Positions 1 to 8,831 of a stretch of 64,000 bases of DNA are shown in pieces. The number at the start of each line of letters is the position of its first letter. Within the stretch, counting starts at the first letter, position 1. The stretch lies in NCBI GenBank assembly GCA_963701965.1, contig OY969695.1, positions 4,800,001 to 4,864,000 on the forward strand, written 5' to 3'. The translations under genes and the position numbers were made by a program. The notes beneath the pieces were generated by a model. The model did no database searches, was not told the DNA's origin, and saw only the letters and a list, made by a program, of their open reading frames with translations. This DNA comes from an uncultured Gemmatimonadales bacterium. GTDB lineage: Bacteria > Gemmatimonadota > Gemmatimonadetes > Gemmatimonadales > Gemmatimonadaceae.

Positions 1-65
1 CTTGCGCTCCGGTCGCAGCCTGACACTCCCCTCGTCCTGGAACTCTTTGCAACGGAGACTCCATA

Positions 66-1103
66 ATGGGCCGCCTGCAGTCTTCGCGCCTTCGCATGGC
101 CGGTCTCATCGCGATCGTTGCGGCGGTGGGATGCAACCCGCCGCCCGCCCCAATGGGTGGCGGCTCTCATCACGATACGCGTCGATGCTTGGCGGGCGGG
201 AATGCCGAGTGGTTCAGCGACGGGTTCCGCGATACTCTCTTTTCCCCGCCGTGTCCGTACCCCGTGCCGGCCGCAAATACGCAGCTGGCTTTTGCAGTCA
301 CGCTCAGTGTGTCTGACGCCAATGTCAACGCGACAGCGAACGTCTTCACGGACATCTTCAATTCCACTGGTCACCCCGTGGGAGGGGAGGGGAGTGTCCC
401 CTTCACCCTCGATACGGACAACGACAGCCTGTACGCATTCCCAACGGGGACGTTCGTGGGTGGCACCGGGAGTCCGATTCAGGACTCGGCCGACTTCCAA
501 GTTCTCGGAACGAATTCAGGGCAACTGGCGGAAGGTTGGGTGCACCTACCGGGTGACATCTCGAGTGGAGCTGCTATCATCATCGGCGCGCCAAACCAGC
601 CTGTGGGCACGCGGTCATGGCGTGCGCAGCCGGACTGGGACACGGCGATGTATACATACAAGTGGCTGATTGATGGGCAGCCAGCGACCAACGGCACGCA
701 CGCTACGCTCGCACATGCATTCCCATTGGCGGGCATTCACACCATCAAGGCGATCGATATACAGGAGTCGGGCAAAGCTGACACGACGACGTTCAATGCG
801 TCCATTGGCCCGTCTGTCATCCTCACAGGCCCGACCACGGTCACGTCGACAGCACCAAACACCTATACGGCTACACCCAGCGGCTGCAATACGACATGCA
901 CGTTCAATTGGACCGTCACGACTGCACAGGGAGTTACGCATTTCGGTACCAGCACTGGCACGACCAGCCTCCAGTTCAGCAGTGCGGAGGGCTCACCAAT
1001 CACCGTCGCCGTTCAGCCACTCTCTAACAGCGTAACCGGGAACGGGGCTGTCCTATCGGTGGTTAACAGCCAGGGCAGCTGCGCAGGCAAGCTCATCTGC
1101 TAG
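66..1103 (+). CDS. Putative secreted lipoprotein with Ser/Thr-rich Ig/PKD-like beta domains
   Basis: Hydrophobic N-terminus with lipobox-like AVG-C; YTYKWLIDG and CTFNWTV motifs resemble PKD/Ig repeats; codon usage less GC-biased than the core; alternative start ATG 96. Confidence 0.6.
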   Translation: MGRLQSSRLRMAGLIAIVAAVGCNPPPAPMGGGSHHDTRRCLAGGNAEWFSDGFRDTLFSPPCPYPVPAANTQLAFAVTLSVSDANVNATANVFTDIFNSTGHPVGGEGSVPFTLDTDNDSLYAFPTGTFVGGTGSPIQDSADFQVLGTNSGQLAEGWVHLPGDISSGAAIIIGAPNQPVGTRSWRAQPDWDTAMYTYKWLIDGQPATNGTHATLAHAFPLAGIHTIKAIDIQESGKADTTTFNASIGPSVILTGPTTVTSTAPNTYTATPSGCNTTCTFNWTVTTAQGVTHFGTSTGTTSLQFSSAEGSPITVAVQPLSNSVTGNGAVLSVVNSQGSCAGKLIC

Positions 1104-1143
1104 ACAGGCTCCGCTTCGCATCTACCATGACGGTTGCCAACAC

Positions 1144-1178
1144 GAAGGGCCTCGGCGGAGAGTATGCCGGGGCCCTTC
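1144..1178. terminator. Hairpin between convergent genes, probable bidirectional terminator
   Basis: gaagggcctcggc-9nt-gccggggcccttc, 13-bp stem with one G-U pair. Confidence 0.6.
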
Positions 1179-1395
1179 AGTCGGCCCGTGGCTTCAATGC
1201 AATACCCCCTTTCGAATATCCGGGGTGAGCGTGTACACCCGCCTTATCTAGAATCCATCTGATTTGGCTGGTGGACAAATTGTGCTTTGTCGCGAGTTGC
1301 CGCGCTGTGTGGATTGCCGCGTCGCGAACGACACGTACACTCGTGACTTCGTAGTCAGTGTGTGCGCTCTGTCGATTCTTCCAGCCCGGCCACAT
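1177..1395 (-). CDS. Small (72 aa) putative helix-turn-helix protein
   Basis: GGAGG SD 10 nt before ATG 1395; TARQLATKHNLSTSQIRWILDKAG looks like an HTH. Confidence 0.5.
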   Translation of the reverse strand: MWPGWKNRQSAHTDYEVTSVRVVRDAAIHTARQLATKHNLSTSQIRWILDKAGVHAHPGYSKGGIALKPRAD

Positions 1396-1506
1396 GTTAG
1401 TCGATCCTCCTCGTCGTTCTTGCGTTGGAGGTCGTGTTCGCAGCAAAGGACAAGGCGGCAAACTTATGGCGTGCGACCAGGGAAAAACAATGCTCCTCCG
1501 CGGAGT

Positions 1507-2019
1507 TTACCGATCCCGTACCCGATAGAACACGAAGTCCTCGCGGTAGAGCGAGCGCACCTTGCGCCCTTCATCCCGCGCGGCGTGGAATACCATGTGC
1601 GGGAGGGCCTCGCACAACGCGCGGGTCGCGACCATGCCCTCCGATTGCGTCACGACCACTGAGCCGCGCACCGGGTGGCCGCTGGTGTCAATGATCACCA
1701 CGGCGGCGGCGTGAAAGGTTCCATGGTTGCCGAATGGCGGGTCTTGGTCATCGTCGAGCGTCACCGCCACCAGGCGAAAGACCGAGTCCCGAGCCACCGC
1801 GTCAACCCCGTTCTGGACCCGCTCCGCCGGCACCTCGGGCTCGGCCACCACATTGGCGATGCCGCCCACATCGACGCTGCGCGCATCGGGGCATCGTCCG
1901 AGCGCCGAGTCCGTCTGCGCCCTTGCGGGCAGGTCGGCCAACTCATCGGCTGGGCGGGGTGGTGTGACACACCCCGCCAGCGCTAGGCACGCGAACCCAA
2001 CGACCGGGACGGTGCGCAT
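1507..2019 (-). CDS. Lipoprotein with TonB C-terminal-like domain
   Basis: Lipobox LAGC after ATG 2019; C-terminus VIIDTSG...ALPHMVFHAARDEGRKVRSLYREDFVF resembles TonB_C. Confidence 0.6.
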   Translation of the reverse strand: MRTVPVVGFACLALAGCVTPPRPADELADLPARAQTDSALGRCPDARSVDVGGIANVVAEPEVPAERVQNGVDAVARDSVFRLVAVTLDDDQDPPFGNHGTFHAAAVVIIDTSGHPVRGSVVVTQSEGMVATRALCEALPHMVFHAARDEGRKVRSLYREDFVFYRVRDR

Positions 2020-2020
2020 T

Positions 2021-2641
2021 TTACGTCTTGACGTCAATGCGACGCCGCCGCGATTCCTGTTGCTGCGACATCGGGATATCCACCTCGAGCACACCGTTCT
2101 TGAAGGAAGCGCTGATCTGATTCGTGTCGACGTTCTCGGGCAGCGGGATCGCGCGATAGAACGTTCCATAGACGCGCTCGTTGTGATACGAGTCGCCGCC
2201 GCTCGCCGCGCGCTCACCGGAGATGATGAGGGAGTCGTCGCTGATCTCGACGTTCACGTCTTTCGGATCGAGTCCCGCCAGTTCGGCGGTGACGACCACC
2301 TGGTCGTCCCGCTTCGAGACGTCGATGGCCGGCAGCCACATCGACCGCGTCGGCGCATCGGGTCGCGTCATGGCCCGGGGACGCCGCATGCCCAATTGAC
2401 CGAAATCCGAGAACATGTCCTCGACCAACGCCCGCATCAGCGAGAACGGACTCGCGAAGGGCATGACGGGCGCGCGCGAGACATCGGTGGTCCCGCCGGT
2501 TGAGCTAGCGCCGGCGCCGCTCGACTCGCGGCTGATCGGGATCTGGGATTGACGGTCGCTCTGCGCGCCACTCGTGGCGCCGCTGGTGCTGCCCGCGGCC
2601 GCTGGCGTGCCCGATTGCTGAGTGGGGGATTCCCTCGCCAT
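2021..2641 (-). CDS. Hsp20/alpha-crystallin small heat-shock protein
   Basis: WLPAIDV...AELAGLDPKDVNV...ERVYGTFYRAIPLP...ASFKNGVLEVDIP. Confidence 0.95.
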   Translation of the reverse strand: MARESPTQQSGTPAAAGSTSGATSGAQSDRQSQIPISRESSGAGASSTGGTTDVSRAPVMPFASPFSLMRALVEDMFSDFGQLGMRRPRAMTRPDAPTRSMWLPAIDVSKRDDQVVVTAELAGLDPKDVNVEISDDSLIISGERAASGGDSYHNERVYGTFYRAIPLPENVDTNQISASFKNGVLEVDIPMSQQQESRRRRIDVKT

Positions 2642-2729
2642 GAATACTGCCTCTGGTGAAAAGAGTATACCCAGAGGGCGCCGCAATCCCGATGCCACGC
2701 GCCATCGCCAACGGCGATAGCCGTCGTGG

Positions 2730-2915
2730 CTACTGCGTCTTCAGACTCTCATCCTCACTGATCTTGTGCACCGTGATGACGAGATCGGGATGGCGCGAGC
2801 GGCCAACCTTGACGGCATCGCGCAGCGCCGAGATGGCCCGGCGCGCAAAATCATGCGCGGGTTCGTCGTCGCCTTCAATCTCCACCACCGCCAGCAGCTG
2901 GATCGTCTTCCGCAT
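2730..2915 (-). CDS. Small hypothetical protein (61 aa)
   Basis: Protein-like composition; TACCTT -10-like box 7 nt upstream of ATG. Confidence 0.55.
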   Translation of the reverse strand: MRKTIQLLAVVEIEGDDEPAHDFARRAISALRDAVKVGRSRHPDLVITVHKISEDESLKTQ

Positions 2916-2962
2916 GGAGCATAAGGTAGAAGGGAACACCTGCGCCCGCTAACTTGCGGCGC

Positions 2963-3964
2963 ATGACCGATGTCGTGGCGCTCGCCGCCGAATTGCTTTC
3001 GATCCAGTCCCCGACCGGCCACGAAGGGCGCGCGGTCGACTTCGTCTCCCGTTGGCTGGTCGGCCGCGGTTGGAACGTTACGGTGCAAGAGGTTACCGCG
3101 GGAAGAAGCAACGTCTGGGCCTCGCGCTCCGGCGGGGGCGGCGGGGTCACGCTGTCCACACACCTCGACACGGTGCCACCGTACGTCGCCCCGCGCCTCG
3201 ACGGTGACCGCCTGCTCGGCCGCGGCGCGTGCGACGCCAAGGGCATTGCCGCCGCGATGCTCGTCGCGGCTGACCGGCTCGTCGGCGCCGGCGAGTCACG
3301 CGTGGATGTCCTGCTCGTGGTCGGCGAGGAAAAGGGCTCCGACGGGGCGCGCGCGGCGAATCAGCTCGCCGCCACGAGCCGTTTCCTGATCAACGGGGAG
3401 CCAACCGAAAGCCGCCTGGCGAGCGGGGCGAAGGGCTCGCTCCGCGTCACCGTCCGCACGCGGGGCCGCGCGGCGCACTCCGCGTACGCGCACCTCGGGC
3501 AGTCGGCGATCGAGCCAATGCTCGATCTCTTGCCGCGCTTGCGCTCGCTCGATCTTCCGTCCGATCCGGTGCTGGGACAGACGACCTACAACATCGGGGT
3601 CATCCGGGGAGGGACCGAGGGGAACATCGTCCCGGCGCTGGCCGAGGCCGAAGTCATGTTTCGCTTGGTCGGTGACCCGGCGCCCATCCGCCATGCACTG
3701 GAGATGTGGGCTGGAGACCGCGCCGAGCTGGAGTACGGCTCCTACATCCCGGCCCAACATTTCCACACCGTGCCCGGCATCGCGGCGGCGCCGGTCGCGT
3801 ACACCACCGACATTCCGCTGCTCACCCGCTGGGGCACGCCGCTCTTGTTCGGCCCCGGCTCGATTCACGTGGCCCACACGCCCGACGAGTTCATCGACGT
3901 CCGCGAGCTTCGCCAAAGCGTCGAGACGTACGAGCGCCTCGTCCGTACCCTGCTGAGCGCATGA
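2963..3964 (+). CDS. M20 family metallo-hydrolase (DapE/ArgE-like; probable succinyl-DAP desuccinylase by context)
   Basis: THLDTV, GRGACDAKG, VGEE, NGEPT, AHSA and AHTPDE motifs; first gene of the dap operon. Confidence 0.9.
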   Translation: MTDVVALAAELLSIQSPTGHEGRAVDFVSRWLVGRGWNVTVQEVTAGRSNVWASRSGGGGGVTLSTHLDTVPPYVAPRLDGDRLLGRGACDAKGIAAAMLVAADRLVGAGESRVDVLLVVGEEKGSDGARAANQLAATSRFLINGEPTESRLASGAKGSLRVTVRTRGRAAHSAYAHLGQSAIEPMLDLLPRLRSLDLPSDPVLGQTTYNIGVIRGGTEGNIVPALAEAEVMFRLVGDPAPIRHALEMWAGDRAELEYGSYIPAQHFHTVPGIAAAPVAYTTDIPLLTRWGTPLLFGPGSIHVAHTPDEFIDVRELRQSVETYERLVRTLLSA

Positions 3965-5037
3965 CATCCCCCTCCACCAAATGGCCGGTCGCCATCCTCG
4001 GCGCCACCGGCGCCGTGGGTCAGACCTTCATCCGGCTCCTCGAAGGCCACCCGTGGTTCACGATCGCCGAGGTCGCCGCGTCGGACCGCTCGGCCGGCAA
4101 GCCATATCGCGACGCCGCCCGCTGGCTGGAGGGGCGACTGCCGCCCGCGATCGCCGAGCTCACGGTGCTGCCCTGCGACCCGGGAGCGGTCCGGTCGCCG
4201 ATCGTTTTCTCGGCTCTCGACGCGGCCGCCGCCGGCGAGGTCGAACCGGCGTTCGCCCGCGCGGGCCGTCTGGTGTTCAGCAACGCCAAGAACTTCCGCA
4301 TGGAACCGGACGTCCCGCTGCTCATTCCCGAGGTCAACGCGCCACACCTCGCGGCCTTGACCGCGCAGCGCGCGCGCCGCGAATGGACGGGCTGCGGCGG
4401 CATCATCACCAACGCCAACTGCGCCGCCAGTGCCGCGGTCTTCCCCCTCGCGGCGCTGCACGAAGCGTTCGGCGTCGAACAGGTCTTCGTCGTCACGATG
4501 CAAGCGGTGTCGGGCGCCGGGTATCCGGGCGTCCCCTCGCTCGACATCCTCGGCAACGTCATCCCCTATATCGGGGAGGAGGAGCCGAAGGTCGAGCGGG
4601 AGCTCCCCAAGATGCTGGGTACGTATACGAACAACGCAATCGTGTCCGCGGATATCCGAGTCAGCGCGCACACCAATCGCGTCCCAGTGGAGCACGGTCA
4701 TACGGCCTGTCTCACGATAAAGCTGCGCGCGCGCGCTGACGCGCGCGCCGCCCGCGAAGCGCTCATGGCGTGGAAGGGACACGAGCAGGCGAGAGGCCTG
4801 CCGTCGTCGCCGGAGCGCGTCATCGTCGTGCACGACGAGGAGCCGAGGCCGCAGCCGCGGCGCGATGCGATGCTGGGCAATGGCATGACCGTGTCGGTCG
4901 GCCGCGTGCGACCGGACAGCATCTGGGATGTCAAGCTGGTGGCACTGGCGCACAACACGATTCGCGGCGCCGCGGGCGGCTCCATCCTGAACGCCGAGCT
5001 GGTCGCCGCCAGCGGCGGACTGCCCGCGCCGGCGTGA
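3961..5037 (+). CDS. asd: Aspartate-semialdehyde dehydrogenase
   Basis: AILGATGAVGQ, TNANC, MQAVSGAGYPG, HNTIRGAAG; ATGA overlap with upstream gene. Confidence 0.97.
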   Translation: MTSPSTKWPVAILGATGAVGQTFIRLLEGHPWFTIAEVAASDRSAGKPYRDAARWLEGRLPPAIAELTVLPCDPGAVRSPIVFSALDAAAAGEVEPAFARAGRLVFSNAKNFRMEPDVPLLIPEVNAPHLAALTAQRARREWTGCGGIITNANCAASAAVFPLAALHEAFGVEQVFVVTMQAVSGAGYPGVPSLDILGNVIPYIGEEEPKVERELPKMLGTYTNNAIVSADIRVSAHTNRVPVEHGHTACLTIKLRARADARAAREALMAWKGHEQARGLPSSPERVIVVHDEEPRPQPRRDAMLGNGMTVSVGRVRPDSIWDVKLVALAHNTIRGAAGGSILNAELVAASGGLPAPA

Positions 5038-6383
5038 TCGTCTCGAAGTTCGGCGGCACCTCGGTCGCCGATGCCGACGCGATCCGGCGCACCGCCGCGA
5101 TCATCGGCGGTCGCCGCGCGCGACTGCCCGTCGTGGTCGTCTCGGCCATGGCCGGCGTGACCAACGAGCTCCTGGCGCTGGCCGAGCACGCCGTCGCGGG
5201 GCAACTCCTGACCGCCATGCAGTCGGTGGAAGGGCTCCGCCGGCGGCACTTCGCCGTGACCGAAGACCTGCTCGGTCCCGGTGACGCCGCGCGCGACCTG
5301 TGCGCGGAGATGAGCGTCATGTTCGACGAGCTGGCCAGCCTCGCCGGTGCGCTGGCGGTCCTGGGGCATCTGACCCCCCGGTCGTTGGACGCCATCGCCG
5401 CTACCGGCGAGCTGCTCTCCTGCCAGATCGTTGTCGCCGCCTACGTACGGCTCGGCCTGCCGGCGGTGCTCGTCGATGCGCGCCAGGTCATCGTGACCGA
5501 CGATGCCTACACGCGGGCCGCCCCGCAGGCCGAGGCGATCACCGCCGCGGCGCGCGAGCTGCTGCTGCCACACGTGCGCGAAGGGCGCATTCCGGTGCTG
5601 GGCGGATTCGTGGGCGCCACGCCGGACGGGATCACGACGACGCTCGGCCGCGGCGGATCGGACTACACCGCCGCCCTGGTCGGCGCCGCGCTGGATGCCG
5701 AGGCGATCGAGATCTGGACCGACGTGGACGGCATGCTCACCGCCGACCCCCGAGTCGTCACCGGTGCCAAGCTCATCCCCCAGATCCGGTTCGACGAAGC
5801 GTCAGAGCTGGCGTCGTTCGGCGCCAAAGTGTTGCACCCGAGCACGATCGTCCCGGCGGTGCGGCGCGGCATCCCGGTCTACGTGTACAACTCCATGCGG
5901 CCCGACGGCGAAGGCACGCGCATCACGTTCGAAGCGCCGCGCCGGCCGGTGAGCGCGATCGCGGGGAAGAAGGGGACGTCGGTGGTCAAAGTGCGATCGT
6001 CGCGCATGCTCTTGAGCCACGGGTTCCTGCGCACGATCTTCGAGGTGTTCGAGCGGCACCAGACGTCGGTCGACGTGGTCGCGACGTCCGAGGTGTCCGT
6101 CTCGCTCACCGTCGATCAAGCCGAACGCCTCAATGCCGTGCTGGTGGACTTGGCCGCCCTCGGCAATGTCTCGGTCGAACGGTCGCGCGGGATCGTCGCG
6201 CTGGTCGGCGCCGGACTCAGCGACGACACGAAAGCCATGGCGACCGCACTCACGGCGTTGCAGGGAATCAAAGTGCACATGCTCTCGTTGAGTGCCACGG
6301 GAATCAATCTCACGGTGATTGTGGATGCCGACGCCGTCGCCCCCGCCATGCGGCAGCTTCACGCCGCGTTCTTCGCGCCGTGA
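5034..6383 (+). CDS. lysC: Aspartate kinase
   Basis: VSKFGGTSV, VVSAMAGVT, TTLGRGGSDY, WTDVDG, ACT domains. Confidence 0.97.
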   Translation: MIVSKFGGTSVADADAIRRTAAIIGGRRARLPVVVVSAMAGVTNELLALAEHAVAGQLLTAMQSVEGLRRRHFAVTEDLLGPGDAARDLCAEMSVMFDELASLAGALAVLGHLTPRSLDAIAATGELLSCQIVVAAYVRLGLPAVLVDARQVIVTDDAYTRAAPQAEAITAAARELLLPHVREGRIPVLGGFVGATPDGITTTLGRGGSDYTAALVGAALDAEAIEIWTDVDGMLTADPRVVTGAKLIPQIRFDEASELASFGAKVLHPSTIVPAVRRGIPVYVYNSMRPDGEGTRITFEAPRRPVSAIAGKKGTSVVKVRSSRMLLSHGFLRTIFEVFERHQTSVDVVATSEVSVSLTVDQAERLNAVLVDLAALGNVSVERSRGIVALVGAGLSDDTKAMATALTALQGIKVHMLSLSATGINLTVIVDADAVAPAMRQLHAAFFAP

Positions 6384-7084
6384 CCCCGCGTCCCGCCCTC
6401 GCGCTCCTTGGCATGGGCCGCATGGGGCAAGCCGTGCGTTCCGTCGCCGCCGAACGCCAGTGGCCGATCGCCGCCGAGCTGACGGCCGCCGATCTGCGGT
6501 CGCCGGAACAGGCGCTGGCGCGCGCGCAGGTCGCCATCGAATTCACGACGCCGGCCGCGGCGGTCGCCAACATCCGCCTCTGTCTGGCCGCCGGATGTCC
6601 GGTCGTGGTGGGAACGACGGGCTGGTACGAGCAGTTGCCGTCGATCGCCGATGAAGTCGAGCGGGAGAACGGCGCGGTGCTGTGGAGCGCGAACTTCTCG
6701 CTCGCCGCGAACGTGCTGATCACGGTGGCCACGCAGACGGCGCGACTCTTGGCCGCCGCCGGGCGCCGGGCCTATGACGTCGCGATCGTGGAGACGCACC
6801 ACGCCACCAAGCGGGATGCGCCGTCGGGCACCGCGCGCGCCATTGCGCAGGAGCTGATCGAAGAGCGCGGAGGCGGCGTGCCGATCACGAGCGTCCGCCT
6901 CGGGCACGTGCCGGGGATCCACGAAGTGCTGTTCGACGGAGCGTATGACCAGTTGCGGCTGACGCACACGGCGCGCGACCGGCGCGTGTTCGCCGAAGGC
7001 GCCCTGCTGGCCGCCCAATGGCTCGTCGGCAAGCGGGGGCTCTTCACGATGCGCGACGTACTGGGCCTCGGGGAGGACGTGTGA
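6380..7084 (+). CDS. dapB: 4-hydroxy-tetrahydrodipicolinate reductase
   Basis: GMGRMG, VGTTGW, ETHHATKRDAPSGTA, FAEGALLAA. Confidence 0.95.
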   Translation: MTPRPALALLGMGRMGQAVRSVAAERQWPIAAELTAADLRSPEQALARAQVAIEFTTPAAAVANIRLCLAAGCPVVVGTTGWYEQLPSIADEVERENGAVLWSANFSLAANVLITVATQTARLLAAAGRRAYDVAIVETHHATKRDAPSGTARAIAQELIEERGGGVPITSVRLGHVPGIHEVLFDGAYDQLRLTHTARDRRVFAEGALLAAQWLVGKRGLFTMRDVLGLGEDV

Positions 7085-8004
7085 GCGGCGCCGACGCGCC
7101 CGTTCCAGCGCCGGCGCCCGAGCGTCTCACGGGCTGTGGCACGGCGCTGGTGACGCCTTTTGCCGTCAATGGGGCCGTCGACGAGCGGTCGCTCGGCCAG
7201 CTCGTCGCCTGGCAAATCGCGCAGGGGATCGACTTTCTGGTGCCGTGCGGCTCGACGGGAGAGGCCGCCACCATGAGCGTCAATGAGCATGTGCGCGTTG
7301 TCACGCGGACGGCCGAGCAGGCGGCAGGCCGGGTGCCGATCGTCGCGGGGGCCGGGTCCAATGACACCAAGAAAGCCATCGCGCTCTCGCGCGCGTTGCG
7401 GGCGAGTGGCGCTACGCATCTGCTGCATGTCGTTCCCATGTACAACAAGCCGCCGCAGCGCGGATTGCTGGCGCATTTTCGGGCGATTGCGGACGCGGCA
7501 GACCTGCCCATCATCCTGTACAACGTTCCGGGGAGAACGGCGGTCAACATGCTCGCCGAGACGACGCTGGCGCTGGCCGAGCATCCCAACATCGTGGGCG
7601 TCAAAGAGGCATCGGGCGATCTGGCGCAGATCTCGGAGATTCTGCGGTCCCGGCCGGCGGGGTTCACCGTGTTGTCTGGCGACGACGCGCTAACGCTGGC
7701 CGTGGTGGCCGAGGGCGGCGACGGGGTGATCTCGGTGATCTCGAACGCGACGCCGCGGGCGATGGCCGAGCTGGTCGCGTTGGCGCAGGCCGAGGACCTG
7801 GGCGGCGCGCGCGCGGTCCACGACCGGTTGGAGCCTTGGATGCGGGCGGCGTTCATCGAGTCCAACCCCATACCCGTCAAAGCCGCTCTCGTGATGATGG
7901 ACCGCATCGGTCCCGTGCTTCGGCTGCCGCTCGTGCCGTTGGCCGAGTCCCACCTGGGCGCGGTGCGGGCGAGCCTCGTGGCCGCCGGTGCGTTGACCGC
8001 GTGA
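7081..8004 (+). CDS. dapA: 4-hydroxy-tetrahydrodipicolinate synthase
   Basis: TALVTPF, GSTGE, YNVPGRT, GVKEASG, SGDD, ESNPIPVK. Confidence 0.97.
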   Translation: MSGADAPVPAPAPERLTGCGTALVTPFAVNGAVDERSLGQLVAWQIAQGIDFLVPCGSTGEAATMSVNEHVRVVTRTAEQAAGRVPIVAGAGSNDTKKAIALSRALRASGATHLLHVVPMYNKPPQRGLLAHFRAIADAADLPIILYNVPGRTAVNMLAETTLALAEHPNIVGVKEASGDLAQISEILRSRPAGFTVLSGDDALTLAVVAEGGDGVISVISNATPRAMAELVALAQAEDLGGARAVHDRLEPWMRAAFIESNPIPVKAALVMMDRIGPVLRLPLVPLAESHLGAVRASLVAAGALTA

Positions 8005-8831
8005 GCGAGCTCGAACAGGAGATCACGACGCTGGCCGCTTCCGGCGGACCAGCGGCGACCGTGCGCAGCGCTGTCGAGCGGCTGCTCAACGAATTGGAGA
8101 GTGGCGCGCTGCGCGCGGCCGTGCGGGACGATCGAGGCTACCGGGCGGTCCCGTGGGTCGAGCAGGGGATCCTGCTGGGGTTTCGCGTCGGGATCCTCGC
8201 CGACCTCGGTCCGTCCGAGGGTCCGTTTTCGTTCATCGACAAGGACACGTTTCCCACGCGGCGGTTCACCGTCGCCGATGGCATCCGCGTCGTGCCGGGA
8301 GGCTCCACGGTCCGACGCGGCGCCTACCTCGCGCCCGGCGTCGTGTGCATGCCGCCAATGTTCGTGAACGTCGGCGCCTACGTCGGCCCGGACACAATGA
8401 TCGACTCGCACGCCCTCGTCGGGTCGTGCGCCCAGATCGGCGCGCGCGTGCATCTGAGCGCCGGCGCACAGATCGGCGGCGTGCTGGAGCCGGTCAATGC
8501 GGCGCCCGTGGTCATCGAGGACGACGTGCTCGTCGGTGGGAACTGCGGCGTGTACGAAGGGGCCATCGTGCGCGCCGGCGCCGTGCTCGCCGCCGGCGTC
8601 ATCCTCACGCGCGGCACGCCGGTGTACGATTTGGTGCGCGAAACCGTGTATCGCGCCGAGCACGGCGCGCCGCTGGAAATCCCCGCCGGAGCGGTCGTCG
8701 TGCCCGGGGCCCGGGCGGTGGCCGCCGGGTGGGGACGCGAGCAGCAGCTCGCCGTGCAGACCCCGGTAGTGATCAAGTATCGCGACGAGAAAACGTCCGC
8801 GGCCGTCGCCCTCGAGTCGTGGTTGCGATGA
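8001..8831 (+). CDS. dapD: Tetrahydrodipicolinate N-succinyltransferase
   Basis: RVVPGG..VRRGAY, VNVGAYV, VGSCAQIG, QIGGVLEP hexapeptide repeats. Confidence 0.95.
   Translation: MSELEQEITTLAASGGPAATVRSAVERLLNELESGALRAAVRDDRGYRAVPWVEQGILLGFRVGILADLGPSEGPFSFIDKDTFPTRRFTVADGIRVVPGGSTVRRGAYLAPGVVCMPPMFVNVGAYVGPDTMIDSHALVGSCAQIGARVHLSAGAQIGGVLEPVNAAPVVIEDDVLVGGNCGVYEGAIVRAGAVLAAGVILTRGTPVYDLVRETVYRAEHGAPLEIPAGAVVVPGARAVAAGWGREQQLAVQTPVVIKYRDEKTSAAVALESWLR

Noticed and set aside
1400..1506. Possible c-di-GMP riboswitch (ggcaaac motif)
   Set aside because: The remaining consensus is missing and the orientation is opposite to the adjacent genes
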